The notes beneath the pieces were generated by a model, which had not been told where the DNA came from, made no database searches, and saw only the letters and a list, made by a program, of their open reading frames with translations. The position numbers were made by a program, and so were the translations under genes. Below, piece by piece: positions 23,301 to 33,390 of a DNA stretch of 64,000 nt (position 1 is its first letter; each line of letters opens with the position of its first letter). The DNA is taken from sequence record SRR20825019_1337; one strand, 5' to 3'.

Positions 23301-26142
23301 ACAGACACAGAAAGCGGCAATTGAGAAAGAAATTCAACTGTCGAATAACGCTGAACAGCAAAAAGCACAACTTGAAGCGAATTATACGAAGCTGATTGCA
23401 GACGCACGTGCCAAAGAAACTGCCAATGATCTAACTGCTGCCAGATTAAATTATGAGCAAGCATTGACGTTGAAACCTTCGGAAGCATTGCCAAAGGAAC
23501 GGATCGCAGCGATCGATAAAAAGTTATCAGAGAGTGCTGCGAAAGATGAAGAAGTGAATCGACTCTACGACAAATCGATTGCACGCGGAAGAGAGCTTAT
23601 GGCCGCTGAGGATTACCTTGAAGCGATAAAAGAGTTTAATACGGCTCTTGGACTGAAACCAAGTGAAAAATTGCCTTCAGAACTTGCTGAGGAAGCTGCT
23701 CGTTTGGCGAAAGCAAAAGGAACGGAAGAAGATTCTCAATACGAGAAAATTCTTACCGTAGCTCAGAAGAAAATCGATGAGAGAGAATACGATAAAGCAA
23801 TTGAACTACTTGAAAGAGCAAATGGGTTTAGACCTGAAGGTGATCGTCCTGAGAAAATGCTTGCTGAAATTGACCGATTGAGAAAACTTGATAAAGAGTA
23901 TGTCGATTTGATGGCGAAAGCAGAAGTAAAAGCAACTTCGAAAGCTTATGCCGATGCAAAGAAGTTATTCCAACAGGCAAAAGCGAAGCGACCATCAGAG
24001 AGTCTTCCAGACGAGCGTATAGCAGAAATGGATCGATTGATTAATGAAATTCCAGCTGTTAATCCAGCGGATCAGTTGTATACTGATAATATGGAAAAAG
24101 GGGATAAAGTATTTGCTGTAAAGCGATATAATGAGGCCTTAGAATTTTACAAGAATGCAATTTCTGCTAAACCAGGAGACAAAACAGCACAAGCGCGAAT
24201 TGATGAAGTCCAACAGATTATGGATGATTTGGCAAATGCGGGTGAAGAGGAAAAAAGAATTAAGGCTGAATTCGATAAGTTGATTAGAGAAGCGGATGCG
24301 TTCTTTGCAGCCAAAAAATATATGCCAGAGGCAAAGAACAAGTATGATGAGGCATTATCGTTGATTCCATCAAATGCTTACGCTAAATTTCAATCTGGAG
24401 AATGCTCTCGTTTGAATATTCTTGTCGTAGATGGACAAAAAGAAGTGCAATATTTGAAATTAATTGCAGCGGCTGATAATAGTTTCGATGCAAAGGAGTA
24501 CGAAAAAGCGAAGGACTATTACACAAGAGCTGTTAATGTGCGAAACACGGACAGTTATCCAAAAGATCGTTTGGCGGAGATAGAAGGAATTTTAAACGGA
24601 ACAATCGTTGATTCATATAAATTGGAAGATTTAGGAGATCCTTATGATGGGTCAATACTAGATGGTGGAGCTATTCTGCAAGATGCGCAAGAGCAAAAAG
24701 CATTGATAAAAGGTCAACAAATCGCGAAAAAGCTTGATGATATTCAAGACAGTGAAGTAGCAGCTACTGCGAAGAAAGCGAATGAACGCGAGAATGTGAC
24801 GAACGAAATCTATCGTTTACAGAGAATGATAGGCCGCGATGATGCAGAATCGAACGAAAACCGTGAAGCGCTTGTAGTAGCATTGAGAAAAGCGGAAAGA
24901 GAGCGAGATGCATTGGATCGATCGGATGCGAATTTCGAAAAATCGGAGAATTTGGCTGCGCAAAGTTCAGTAGATAGAATTAAGACTTCTGGAGCAATTC
25001 AATATGGAGAAGATCTAGCAGTGTACGGTGAAAATGCCGAGAAAGTAAACTCAATTTCAAAAGCAGAACGACGCGAAACGTCTGGTTTGTCGACGGAATA
25101 TACTGGAAGAACGAGATCTACAGATGCAGAGTTAGGAAATATTGAGAAGAGAATCGAGGAAAATGCAATCAGTGATTTTAACGAACGAGTTGAATTGCAC
25201 GAAGGTGTTTTTGCAGCGGAACGAAAAGTAATTGACACGGAAGAGGAGATTTCAGCAAATGATTATTCGAGTCTTTTAGCTCAAAAGCAAGTCGTAAATG
25301 ACGTACTTAATAAATACGATTCTAAATCTACTGAAGATGCGTTGAAATCTGGAAGTAACAATGAATACGTTAAAAGCATAAATACCGAGATCACAACAAA
25401 AGCCAGTGAACAATCTCTTTCGGAGCAAGCACATTTGTATGCTACGGACGATCAAATAGCTGTTGTTCGAAGAAAAACGCAACTCGATTCGGATGTTTAT
25501 ACAGCAAATAGAGATGAGTCTGTTGAAGCGTTCAAGCTGATTCAAGTTTCAAATGCAGAGGAAACCCTTGCGGCTGTAGATCGCGAACGATTAAAGTATA
25601 GCGAAAATCAAGCTGTGCTTTCACGTGAGAAAGGAAAAGAATATAGTCAAGGGATTCTTTCAGATGAAGATCAACGCTTGAGAGCAAGAAAAGATGTAGA
25701 ACTTGTTGGGCTTGGAGTAGATACAAAAGGAGTTGAGGATAAGAAACGAAGTGAAGACAACCAAGAGATTTTGGGAGGGTCGAAAAAAGCGCTGAACCAA
25801 TTGGCTGTTTCCGATGCTGGACTGCAAGAAACGAAAAGGTTTGATAATCAAGATGCGATTAACGATATTGATAACTCTCCAAAAGAGAAAAAGAAAGTGG
25901 CGAATTCTCTTGGACAAGAATATCCTGAAGGTGTTTCTCAAGAATCGTTTACGCGTAAGGATCAAAATGGTCTTATTTCATCGGTGATTACTCGAAGAGT
26001 AGTTGTCATAGATGGTCATGCTGATGTATACGTTAGAACGCAGACAAATAATTCAATTACTTACTCAAAAAATGGTATCCCAAGTTTGTCTCATGTTTGG
26101 AATTCAGAAACCCAGTCTCCTGATTTGGAGCGTCATTTCTAG
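20305..26142 (+). CDS. Giant secreted TPR/coiled-coil repeat protein
   Basis: Signal peptide from ATG 20305 (MKNLVLIV...FS-Q); N-terminal beta domain; about 21 helical repeats of approx. 60 aa ending (K/D)PxExxPxxK; long acidic coiled coil; small C-terminal YPEGVSQE...YSKNG domain. Confidence 0.85.
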   Translation: MKNLVLIVLLLLSGITFSQDAAFVVRGATFNQDIGKKEGGVKVALVQDGKDIASTVTASNGKFALSGVPDYTKPFYVVYSKSGLVSKRMKFNFSAMNPEDTPAGNELDFLPSLEINLFKDRPNVDFSFLNSEAVADFSWNVKKMQPNLDDGAAAAMSRRIEQLLIDAEKNKAEAEAKYQKAIAEADAAYAKKDYQEALAKYEESLTYKPGEKYPSDKILELDALIQAQKQKELVTQQADSEYNNLISAADNLRDKGDLEKAITTYEQAIVKKNEQYPKDQVTKLRAQIEAKKKETENQAKYDEAVKMADGFMKQNSLRAARDKYEEAKKLKPSEQYPKDKLAEIEKSMKAKEDQEAIKQQYNDAIAAGDAAFSADDFETAKKKYEEALGFEASSTYAKARVKLCDEKLAASKKEAERLAKIDELIKKGNEEFEKDELTAAKTSFTEVLTLDAENKIAKDKLAQIDVKLKDAEALAKKQAEFAKLVQEGDVAVKASKLEDGLAKYQAAIALKPSPEVDTKIAEVQAKISDKKSAAEKDAKYTELMADGSAKLKANDLVAAKAAFQEATALKPTEQLPKDKLAEIQKLEETNLAAKEKKEQYDLLITEATALFAANDLAGAKTKFQEAGKIDPSQKLPGEKITEIDGLLANQKANQEKTEKYTKLIADATAQLTAGELDKSKKTFQEAAKTDPTQTLPAEKIAEIDLLLAARQQEVEQSAKYDKLVADGTKLMTSKDLEGAKAKFVEASALKPSEQLPKDKMAELDGLLSSKQKEEKLNADYTKLIADGTALMTANDLTEAKAKFTEASGLKPSESLPKEKIKKIDELIAAKNAQESKATQYANLIEEGNTKLGTDNLTGAKAAFEAAEKVDPSQALPGQKIAEINKMIADREAAKGLAEKQQEYTAAMTDGERLVNESKLEDALKKFKEASAIDGTQAGAKQRVAEVEALINKNKDNASRQKQIAELLKQGADLMTQKKLNDALASYNQVLGLDPANIEAQTQKAAIEKEIQLSNNAEQQKAQLEANYTKLIADARAKETANDLTAARLNYEQALTLKPSEALPKERIAAIDKKLSESAAKDEEVNRLYDKSIARGRELMAAEDYLEAIKEFNTALGLKPSEKLPSELAEEAARLAKAKGTEEDSQYEKILTVAQKKIDEREYDKAIELLERANGFRPEGDRPEKMLAEIDRLRKLDKEYVDLMAKAEVKATSKAYADAKKLFQQAKAKRPSESLPDERIAEMDRLINEIPAVNPADQLYTDNMEKGDKVFAVKRYNEALEFYKNAISAKPGDKTAQARIDEVQQIMDDLANAGEEEKRIKAEFDKLIREADAFFAAKKYMPEAKNKYDEALSLIPSNAYAKFQSGECSRLNILVVDGQKEVQYLKLIAAADNSFDAKEYEKAKDYYTRAVNVRNTDSYPKDRLAEIEGILNGTIVDSYKLEDLGDPYDGSILDGGAILQDAQEQKALIKGQQIAKKLDDIQDSEVAATAKKANERENVTNEIYRLQRMIGRDDAESNENREALVVALRKAERERDALDRSDANFEKSENLAAQSSVDRIKTSGAIQYGEDLAVYGENAEKVNSISKAERRETSGLSTEYTGRTRSTDAELGNIEKRIEENAISDFNERVELHEGVFAAERKVIDTEEEISANDYSSLLAQKQVVNDVLNKYDSKSTEDALKSGSNNEYVKSINTEITTKASEQSLSEQAHLYATDDQIAVVRRKTQLDSDVYTANRDESVEAFKLIQVSNAEETLAAVDRERLKYSENQAVLSREKGKEYSQGILSDEDQRLRARKDVELVGLGVDTKGVEDKKRSEDNQEILGGSKKALNQLAVSDAGLQETKRFDNQDAINDIDNSPKEKKKVANSLGQEYPEGVSQESFTRKDQNGLISSVITRRVVVIDGHADVYVRTQTNNSITYSKNGIPSLSHVWNSETQSPDLERHF

Positions 26143-27142
26143 TTGTATTTTTCTTACGTCCTGTGAAAATGACACTACCGTAACTGGAATTGATTTTTAC
26201 GGTGAAACTCAGGGAACAACGTATCATGTAATCATTGCAGAATCGGAATCGAGCGTGACGCAAGATCAATTGGATTCTATTTTGCACGTCTTCGATATGG
26301 CATTGTCAACGTACATTGATAGTTCCGTGATTTCTAAAATTAACGCTGCACACGGTGAATTCAATATTGCAGATCCAACGGGATTTTTCCAAACGTGTTA
26401 CTCCGAAAGTAAGAAGGTGTTTGAACTCACGAATGGTGCGTTTGATCCAACGGTTTTTCCACTTGTTGAAGGTTGGGGATTCATGAACAATCCAACAGTT
26501 CCATTGACCAAAGAAAAAGTGGATTCTTTGCTGCAGTTCGTCGGGTTTAATAGAAATTATAAACTGTCATTTTCAAACGACAGTATAGAGATTTCTAAAG
26601 AGAACCCAAATGTAAAACTCGATTTTAATGCAATTGCACAAGGATATTCTGTAGATGTATTGTCCGATTTTCTAAGGTCCAAAGGGCACACGAATTTCTA
26701 TGTTGAAATAGGCGGTGAATTGATTGTTTCAGGAAAGAACAGAACAGGTGAGAAATGGTCTATTGGAGTGGATGTTCCAGAGTCAAGTGAGAACGGAAGA
26801 CCGATTGAGAATATCTTGTACCTTTCAAATAACTCAATTGCTACAAGCGGAAATTATAGAAAGTTTTACGAAGTTGATGGTCAGAAATACGCGCATACTT
26901 TGGACCCGAAATCGGGATTTCCTGTTCAGCATTCATTGATAAGCGCGAGTGTTATTGCTCCGTCATGTGCTCAGGCAGATGCTTTTGCAACAGCGTTCAT
27001 GGTAATTGGAGCAGAAAAAACAATGGAATTCGTTAAAAACCATCCAGAACTTAAGTTGGAAGTGTACCTACTCGTTTCGAACAATGAAGACGGATTTGAT
27101 CGTATTATGAGTTCTGGTTTCCAAAAATTCCTCGAAAAATAG
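26093..27142 (+). CDS. apbE: FAD:protein FMN transferase (lipoprotein)
   Basis: GETQGTTY, GAFDPTV, LDFNAIAQGYSVD, IATSGNYR, ADAFATA; LTSC lipobox fits a start at ATG 26093 rather than 26012. Confidence 0.92.
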   Translation: MFGIQKPSLLIWSVISSCIFLTSCENDTTVTGIDFYGETQGTTYHVIIAESESSVTQDQLDSILHVFDMALSTYIDSSVISKINAAHGEFNIADPTGFFQTCYSESKKVFELTNGAFDPTVFPLVEGWGFMNNPTVPLTKEKVDSLLQFVGFNRNYKLSFSNDSIEISKENPNVKLDFNAIAQGYSVDVLSDFLRSKGHTNFYVEIGGELIVSGKNRTGEKWSIGVDVPESSENGRPIENILYLSNNSIATSGNYRKFYEVDGQKYAHTLDPKSGFPVQHSLISASVIAPSCAQADAFATAFMVIGAEKTMEFVKNHPELKLEVYLLVSNNEDGFDRIMSSGFQKFLEK

Positions 27143-27230
27143 GTTTTCTTCAGTTCACTGTGAGTAACTCCACACAAGATGTTCCTTCAAGGCAGAATTT
27201 AGCCGTATTTTTACTGTAAATCAGTTTCGA

Positions 27231-27590
27231 ATGGAAGGAAAAAAAATACCTCAATTACTTTTTATTGTAAGTCTAGCGATTCTCGCAGGATTGATCTCGT
27301 TCTATTATTGGACGCATTCCACATTTGAAAGTTTGGCGTATGTCCCCATGTATGTGATGATCCTCACCTTAGCCTACATTATCGTACAAATATTAAAACG
27401 GTTTGTCTACAAAGAGCAAAACTGGTGGGATTGGCTTTACTACATTGGACTGATTTCCATGATGCTTGGTATTTTCATTACAACGAAAGAAACGACAACG
27501 ACTTTTAATTGGATCACTGATCTTGGTGTGCCGTTTTTGTTCGCTCCAATGATTTTTGATTTCAAAAACTGGATTCAAACGACCAAATAA
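27231..27590 (+). CDS. Hypothetical 4-TM membrane protein
   Basis: Four hydrophobic segments; TAATG overlap with mpl. Confidence 0.7.
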   Translation: MEGKKIPQLLFIVSLAILAGLISFYYWTHSTFESLAYVPMYVMILTLAYIIVQILKRFVYKEQNWWDWLYYIGLISMMLGIFITTKETTTTFNWITDLGVPFLFAPMIFDFKNWIQTTK

Positions 27591-28951
27591 TGAATGTACA
27601 TTTTATAGCAATAGGAGGAAGTGCGATGCATAATTTAGCGATTGCATTATCTAGAAAAGGAGCACATGTTACTGGATCGGACGACGAGATTTTTGAACCG
27701 TCGAAATCGCGTTTAAATCGTCAAGGAATTTTACCAGCGGGAATTGGTTGGGATCCAACAAGAATTCACGCTAAATTGGATGCCGTGATTCTAGGAATGC
27801 ACGCGCGTGAAGATAATCCTGAATTGGCGAAGGCAAAAGAACTTGGACTTCAGATTTTTTCCTATCCGGAGTATTTATATGAGCAAAGCATCAACAAGAA
27901 ACGGGTTGTAATTGGTGGCTCTCACGGGAAAACGACGATTACATCCATGATTCTTCATGCAGCAAACGAACTTGCATTGAATGTCGATTATATGGTGGGC
28001 GCACAGTTGGAAGGATACGATTGTATGGTTCGACTTTCGGATGATGCGGAGATTATGATTATTGAAGGGGATGAGTACTTGAGTTCGCCCATTGACCGTC
28101 GACCGAAATTTCACCTTTATAAACCAGATGTAGCCATTTTAAGTGGGATTGCATGGGATCACATTAACGTTTTTCCAACATTTGAGAATTACTTGGAGCA
28201 GTTTCACACGTTTTGTGGTTTAATTGAAGAAAACGGAACCTTGGTTTACAACTCAGAAGATCCTGAAGTTAAAAAATTGGGAGAAGAGTTCTCAAATAGC
28301 CTAGTAACTATGGCGTATGGAACTCCTGAATATGAAGTGATAGAACGAGGAACGATCATACATTTTGAAGGCAAAAAATATGAACTGCAAATCTTCGGTC
28401 AGCATAATTTGCAAAACTTAATGGGGGCAATGCGAATTGGAGAAGCTATTGGTATTGATCCACATGCCTTTTTAACAGCAATGGATTCATTCACGGGAGC
28501 AGGAAAACGACTTCAGAAAGTGAAAGAAACAAACGATTTTGTGTTGTACAAAGATTTTGCACACTCTCCATCAAAATTAAAAGCAACGACAAGTGCTGTA
28601 AAAGAACAATATCCGGACAGTAAGGTGATTGCGTGCATGGAACTGCATACGTTTTCTTCTCTACAGAAGGAGTTCTTACCACATTATGATCAAGCGATGA
28701 AAGCTGCGGATGTGGCGTTGGTTTACTTTAGCCCAGATGTTGTTGCACACAAAAGATTGGCACCCATTTCAACCGAACAAGTGTACGACGGTTTTGGCGG
28801 AGGAGTGCAGGTAGTGACATCCACAGAAGAGGTGAATGCATTTATTCGCAAAGAGTTTGGGAAAAATGCAGTTGTTTTAATGATGTCCTCAGGAAATTTT
28901 GACGGAATAGATTACGACCAACTCGGAAAAGAATTGGAAGAATCACTCTAA
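27590..28951 (+). CDS. mpl: Murein peptide ligase (Mpl/MurC-like)
   Basis: HFIAIGGSAMHNLA, GSHGKTT, EGDEY, WDHINVF, DFAHSP. Confidence 0.85.
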   Translation: MNVHFIAIGGSAMHNLAIALSRKGAHVTGSDDEIFEPSKSRLNRQGILPAGIGWDPTRIHAKLDAVILGMHAREDNPELAKAKELGLQIFSYPEYLYEQSINKKRVVIGGSHGKTTITSMILHAANELALNVDYMVGAQLEGYDCMVRLSDDAEIMIIEGDEYLSSPIDRRPKFHLYKPDVAILSGIAWDHINVFPTFENYLEQFHTFCGLIEENGTLVYNSEDPEVKKLGEEFSNSLVTMAYGTPEYEVIERGTIIHFEGKKYELQIFGQHNLQNLMGAMRIGEAIGIDPHAFLTAMDSFTGAGKRLQKVKETNDFVLYKDFAHSPSKLKATTSAVKEQYPDSKVIACMELHTFSSLQKEFLPHYDQAMKAADVALVYFSPDVVAHKRLAPISTEQVYDGFGGGVQVVTSTEEVNAFIRKEFGKNAVVLMMSSGNFDGIDYDQLGKELEESL

Positions 28952-28968
28952 ACTGGTCTAATTTTTAA

Positions 28969-29544
28969 CTAGTTGGGAAATCGTTGATTTTTAAAGACAA
29001 TCTTTCGATAAACAACCGTAACGAAAATACTGTTGATGGTTGAAAGAACCAGCATTCCGAGCATGGAAAGCGTCATAGTTGCTCCAGCGTTGAATGTAGC
29101 CTTCAAATTATCTTTCCCTTTTTCCAGAATTTCTTCTTTTGTCATTACCTCAAAATCCGCATTCGAAGCTTTGATTTCCAGTAATTTCTCGGGATCGTTA
29201 AGTTCCTTTTCCATCGACATGCTACGCTCAGCAATCTGATGTTTGATGTAATCAGGATCAATTTTACTGTAGTAAGTATAGATGAAAATACTTACAATAA
29301 TGGTGTACGGTACACCTGCAGACATCGCATTTTTGATATCTGCCAGTGCACTCGTTTCTTCCGTTGCATTTCTCTTTTGAAGGTAAAGTCCGACGGTTAT
29401 CGCCATCAAAAGGAAAAGAATATTTGTCAAAATCGCTGGTTGAACATTGTAGCGCATTTCTCCAGAGAGAGTCGCGAATAAAACCAATTTCAAAACCATC
29501 CACCCCAGGGCGAAAAGAATCCCAACCTTAACTGCAATTTTCAT
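28969..29544 (-). CDS. DUF4199-like membrane protein
   Basis: 3 TM + YYSKIDPDY soluble loop + C-terminal TM; directly downstream of rho. Confidence 0.7.
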   Translation of the reverse strand: MKIAVKVGILFALGWMVLKLVLFATLSGEMRYNVQPAILTNILFLLMAITVGLYLQKRNATEETSALADIKNAMSAGVPYTIIVSIFIYTYYSKIDPDYIKHQIAERSMSMEKELNDPEKLLEIKASNADFEVMTKEEILEKGKDNLKATFNAGATMTLSMLGMLVLSTINSIFVTVVYRKIVFKNQRFPN

Positions 29545-29563
29545 TATTTTCTAAATTCTAAGA

Positions 29564-31357
29564 TTATCCGTTCATTGTAACGAGGAATTCCTCATTCGAT
29601 CTTGTGCTGCTCATTCGTTCTTTCAAGAATTCCATTGCCTCAACTGGGTTCATGTCCGCAATAAACTTACGAAGCAACCAAACGCGTTGAAGAACATCTT
29701 TGTCAAGTAACAAATCTTCACGACGAGTACCCGAACTTGTGATGTCAATTGCTGGATAAACACGACGGTTAGAGATTTTTCTATCCAATTGTAATTCCAT
29801 GTTACCCGTTCCTTTGAACTCCTCAAAGATCACTTCGTCCATTTTAGAACCTGTTTCCGTTAATGCCGTTGCTAAAATCGAAAGTGAACCTCCATTTTCA
29901 ATTTTACGCGCTGAACCGAAGAAACGTTTTGGCTTGTGAAGTGCATTTGCGTCAACCCCTCCAGAAAGTACTTTTCCGGAAGCTGGAGATACAGTGTTGT
30001 ATGCTCTCGCCAAACGAGTGATTGAGTCTAACAAAATACAAACATCGTGACCACATTCTACCATTCTTTTTGCTTTTTCAAGCACCATGTTTGCCACTTT
30101 TACGTGACGATCAGCTGGTTCATCGAATGTAGATGCAATTACTTCTGCGTTTACAGAACGTGCCATGTCGGTAACTTCCTCAGGACGCTCATCGATCAAT
30201 AGAACAATTAAGTATGTCTCTGGGTGATTTGCAGCAATGGCGTTTGCTACATCTTTCAAGAGCATCGTTTTACCCGTTTTTGGTTGGGCAACGATCATTC
30301 CACGTTGTCCTTTACCGATAGGAGCAAACAAATCCATCACACGAGTAGAAAGAGATTCTTGTGTGTGACCAGTAAGTTTGAACTTCTCATCAGGGAAAAG
30401 TGGCGTTAAATATTGAAAAGGAACGCGATCTCGAATATATGACGGATGGCGACCATTAATAGATTCTACTTTTACAAGTGGGAAAAATTTCTCTCCTTCA
30501 CGAGGAGGACGAATTGATCCAATTACAGTATCTCCTGTTTTCAAACCGAAAAGTTTTACTTGACTTTGAGATACGTAAATATCATCAGGAGAAGGAAGGT
30601 AGTTGTAATCCGAAGAACGCAAGAAACCATATCCATCTTGGATGATCTCCAAAACACCTTCTGCTTCAACAATACCAACTAAACTGTATTTTTCCTCGTC
30701 ATTTTTTTGCTGACGATTATCATTTTGTTGATTTCCGTTCCCGTTCCCGTTCCCATTTGAATTTCCATTCCCTTGGTTCCGGTTGTTGTTATTCCTGTTG
30801 TTAGGATTATTGGGATTGTTATTATTTGCGTTCGCGTTAGGATTGTTGGTATTGCGATTCCCTCGGTTGTCCTTATTATTAGGATTGTTATTGTTAGCGT
30901 TGTTATTATCGTTAGAACGATTTGCTTGACGCTGTTGAACAGGACCACGCTCTTTAACAACTCTTTTTTCTGCAGGAGTTTCTTTTTTCTCAGCAACAGG
31001 CTCATTTGCCTCCACTTTTTTCACATCCGTTTCCTTTGGGTTGTCACCAAACAAATCAGGTTGTGCTGCTTTGTTTTCTGAAGGTTCATCTGCAGGAACT
31101 CTTTTACGAACTCTCTTTCTGCGACTTTCTTCCGAAGTCTCTTCGGAATTTTTTTCTGAAACAGACTCTTTAGCAACCGGTTGTTTTTTAACTGGTTTTG
31201 CTTCGGATTTTGTTACAGGCTTTGTCTCTGTGGATCGACTTGATACTTGAGCAACTAACTCGGCTTTTTTTAGTTTATCAGCACCTTCAATGTTCAGTGA
31301 TTGTGCAATTTCTTTAAGTTCAGCGAGCTTTTTGCTCTGCAATTCTTTTATATCCAT
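29564..31357 (-). CDS. rho: Transcription termination factor Rho with large N-terminal insertion
   Basis: [49 protein letters not shown]; probable start ATG 31357 (MDIKEL). Confidence 0.97.
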   Translation of the reverse strand: MDIKELQSKKLAELKEIAQSLNIEGADKLKKAELVAQVSSRSTETKPVTKSEAKPVKKQPVAKESVSEKNSEETSEESRRKRVRKRVPADEPSENKAAQPDLFGDNPKETDVKKVEANEPVAEKKETPAEKRVVKERGPVQQRQANRSNDNNNANNNNPNNKDNRGNRNTNNPNANANNNNPNNPNNRNNNNRNQGNGNSNGNGNGNGNQQNDNRQQKNDEEKYSLVGIVEAEGVLEIIQDGYGFLRSSDYNYLPSPDDIYVSQSQVKLFGLKTGDTVIGSIRPPREGEKFFPLVKVESINGRHPSYIRDRVPFQYLTPLFPDEKFKLTGHTQESLSTRVMDLFAPIGKGQRGMIVAQPKTGKTMLLKDVANAIAANHPETYLIVLLIDERPEEVTDMARSVNAEVIASTFDEPADRHVKVANMVLEKAKRMVECGHDVCILLDSITRLARAYNTVSPASGKVLSGGVDANALHKPKRFFGSARKIENGGSLSILATALTETGSKMDEVIFEEFKGTGNMELQLDRKISNRRVYPAIDITSSGTRREDLLLDKDVLQRVWLLRKFIADMNPVEAMEFLKERMSSTRSNEEFLVTMNG

Positions 31358-31909
31358 GGATATTATTAAAGGTGATGTTGTTCTTTTTTGGAGTATTCTT
31401 AGGAACATATTAACTGCTCGATACGCAGAAATGATGCGACAATATTACGAATAAAAATGAATCAAGCAAATTTGAAACTGAGAATGTTGCTAACAGTATT
31501 AAGTTAACTTTTCCAGATTTTACGCCAAGGTAAAGATAATTATCAGATAATCACGACTTTTTAATGAGATTAAGCATGGAATATTCCTGTATATCTAATA
31601 CAAATTCTGTAGAATCTTGACGTAAATTGACTTATTCTTTTCTAATAATCACTCACAGCGAGCGCTGATATAAACGGAGATTATCGTCTACCGAAAAAGT
31701 CTAGAAGCAAGCCACAGGGACGATTATAGATTAATTTGAATGACGATGCGCTCCAATTGACATTTAAGGACAAATCAACTTGTTCTAGGATTCCTTTTTC
31801 ATTGAACTTACTTTTTCTGCGTTATTAATATTGAAATGATCGAGCACAAAAATCTAAAGGATTCGATTTTAGGGTTATTCACGAATTTGAAAATAAGTAT
31901 ATTCACCTC

Positions 31910-33316
31910 ATGAAAAATATTGCACTTCATTGGAAGATTTTAATAGCCATGGCTTTAGGAGTAATTTGGGCACTCATTTCTGGGAGATATGAATTAAACT
32001 CGTATACCTTGGATTGGATTGCTCCCTTTGGAACCATCTTTATAAACTGCTTAAAGTTTATTGCCGTTCCTCTGGTGCTTTTCTCGATAATTACTGGAGT
32101 TGCGGGAATGGGAGATCCAACAAAACTGGGAAGAATGGGAGGGAAGACCTTAGGTTTATATCTCGTTACAACAGTTTTTGCCATTTCTATGGGATTAGTG
32201 CTTGTAAACATATTTTCTCCAGGGATCCAAACGGATGAAGGCACTCGGTTAAAAAATAGACTGCAATATGAATTATGGGCGAAAGATGCCAAAATAGAAG
32301 TGAAAGACGGTCGTCATGAGTTGGCTACAGCAACTCAAGCACAGATTGAAAACGCTAACAAGGAATTAGCGGCTTCTATGAATACGGAAGAATATAAAGC
32401 CGCGCAGAAGTCCCGAAGTAAAGCGGAAAGCACAAAAAGTGGTGATGGTCCATTGCAGGCTTTGGTGGATATTGTTCCTGAAAACCTAGTCATTTCTATG
32501 AGTGATGGTCGGTTTATGCTTCAAGTGATCTTTTTTGCGCTGCTATTTGGTATTTCAATGGCCTTGCTTCCGAATGAGAAAACTAAAACTGTAGAACGAT
32601 TCTTTGAAGGAATGAATGAGGTGTTTGTCAAAATGGTGCATATTATAATGAGAGCGGCTCCATTCTTCGTTTTCTGCTTAATGGCGGGTGTTTTAGCTAA
32701 GTCGGCAGACAATCTGAACGAATTGGTGAGTATTTTCATTAAGTTATTGGGTTATTCGCTGGTTGTGATGCTTGGTTTGTCTATTATGCTCTTCGGGTTT
32801 TATCCACTTTTCATGCGAATGTTTGGTGTTAAAATTGGATATAGGAAGTTCTTCCAAGGATTGAGTCCCGCACAGTTTTTAGCGTTCTCTACAAGTTCAA
32901 GTGCGGCAACTTTACCCGTAACGATAGAATGTGTGAATAAAAACCTAGGAGTGCCAGAAGAATCAACCGATTTTGTACTACCGATTGGCGCTACGGTGAA
33001 TATGGACGGGACCTCGCTCTATCAGGCGGTTGCGGTAATTTTCTTAGCGCAGTTTTTTGACGTGGACTTGTCAATTTCACAGCAGTTAGGAATTGTTTTA
33101 ACGGCTACACTTGCTTCTATTGGTGCAGCTGCCGTCCCTGGAGCTGGACTTATTATGCTTATGGTTGTTTTGGAATCAGTTGGGTTGAATCCTATGTGGG
33201 TGGCAATTGTTCTTCCAATGGATCGGATTCTGGATATGTGTAGAACAGTCATTAACGTGACCAGTGACGCTTCAGTTTCGGCGATTATCGCGAAGTCGGA
33301 GAAGATGATGGATTAG
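31910..33316 (+). CDS. Dicarboxylate/amino acid:cation symporter (GltP/GltPh family)
   Basis: FSTSSSAATLP, PIGATVNMDGT, DRILDMCRTVINV. Confidence 0.92.
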   Translation: MKNIALHWKILIAMALGVIWALISGRYELNSYTLDWIAPFGTIFINCLKFIAVPLVLFSIITGVAGMGDPTKLGRMGGKTLGLYLVTTVFAISMGLVLVNIFSPGIQTDEGTRLKNRLQYELWAKDAKIEVKDGRHELATATQAQIENANKELAASMNTEEYKAAQKSRSKAESTKSGDGPLQALVDIVPENLVISMSDGRFMLQVIFFALLFGISMALLPNEKTKTVERFFEGMNEVFVKMVHIIMRAAPFFVFCLMAGVLAKSADNLNELVSIFIKLLGYSLVVMLGLSIMLFGFYPLFMRMFGVKIGYRKFFQGLSPAQFLAFSTSSSAATLPVTIECVNKNLGVPEESTDFVLPIGATVNMDGTSLYQAVAVIFLAQFFDVDLSISQQLGIVLTATLASIGAAAVPGAGLIMLMVVLESVGLNPMWVAIVLPMDRILDMCRTVINVTSDASVSAIIAKSEKMMD

Positions 33317-33390
33317 GGTTTGCAATTGTGTAAAATGTCGGTTTAATTGGGAATCGTTATCTTCGCAAATTGTTTTCTGATATCACTGAT

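Noticed and set aside
20305-27142. Idea that the giant protein is the flavinylation substrate of the adjacent ApbE
   Set aside because: No convincing Dxx(S/T)GA(S/T) flavinylation motif found by eye
30679-31081. Ile/Thr- and Val/Ile-rich ORFs overlapping rho
   Set aside because: Alternative-frame readings of the Asn-codon low-complexity tract
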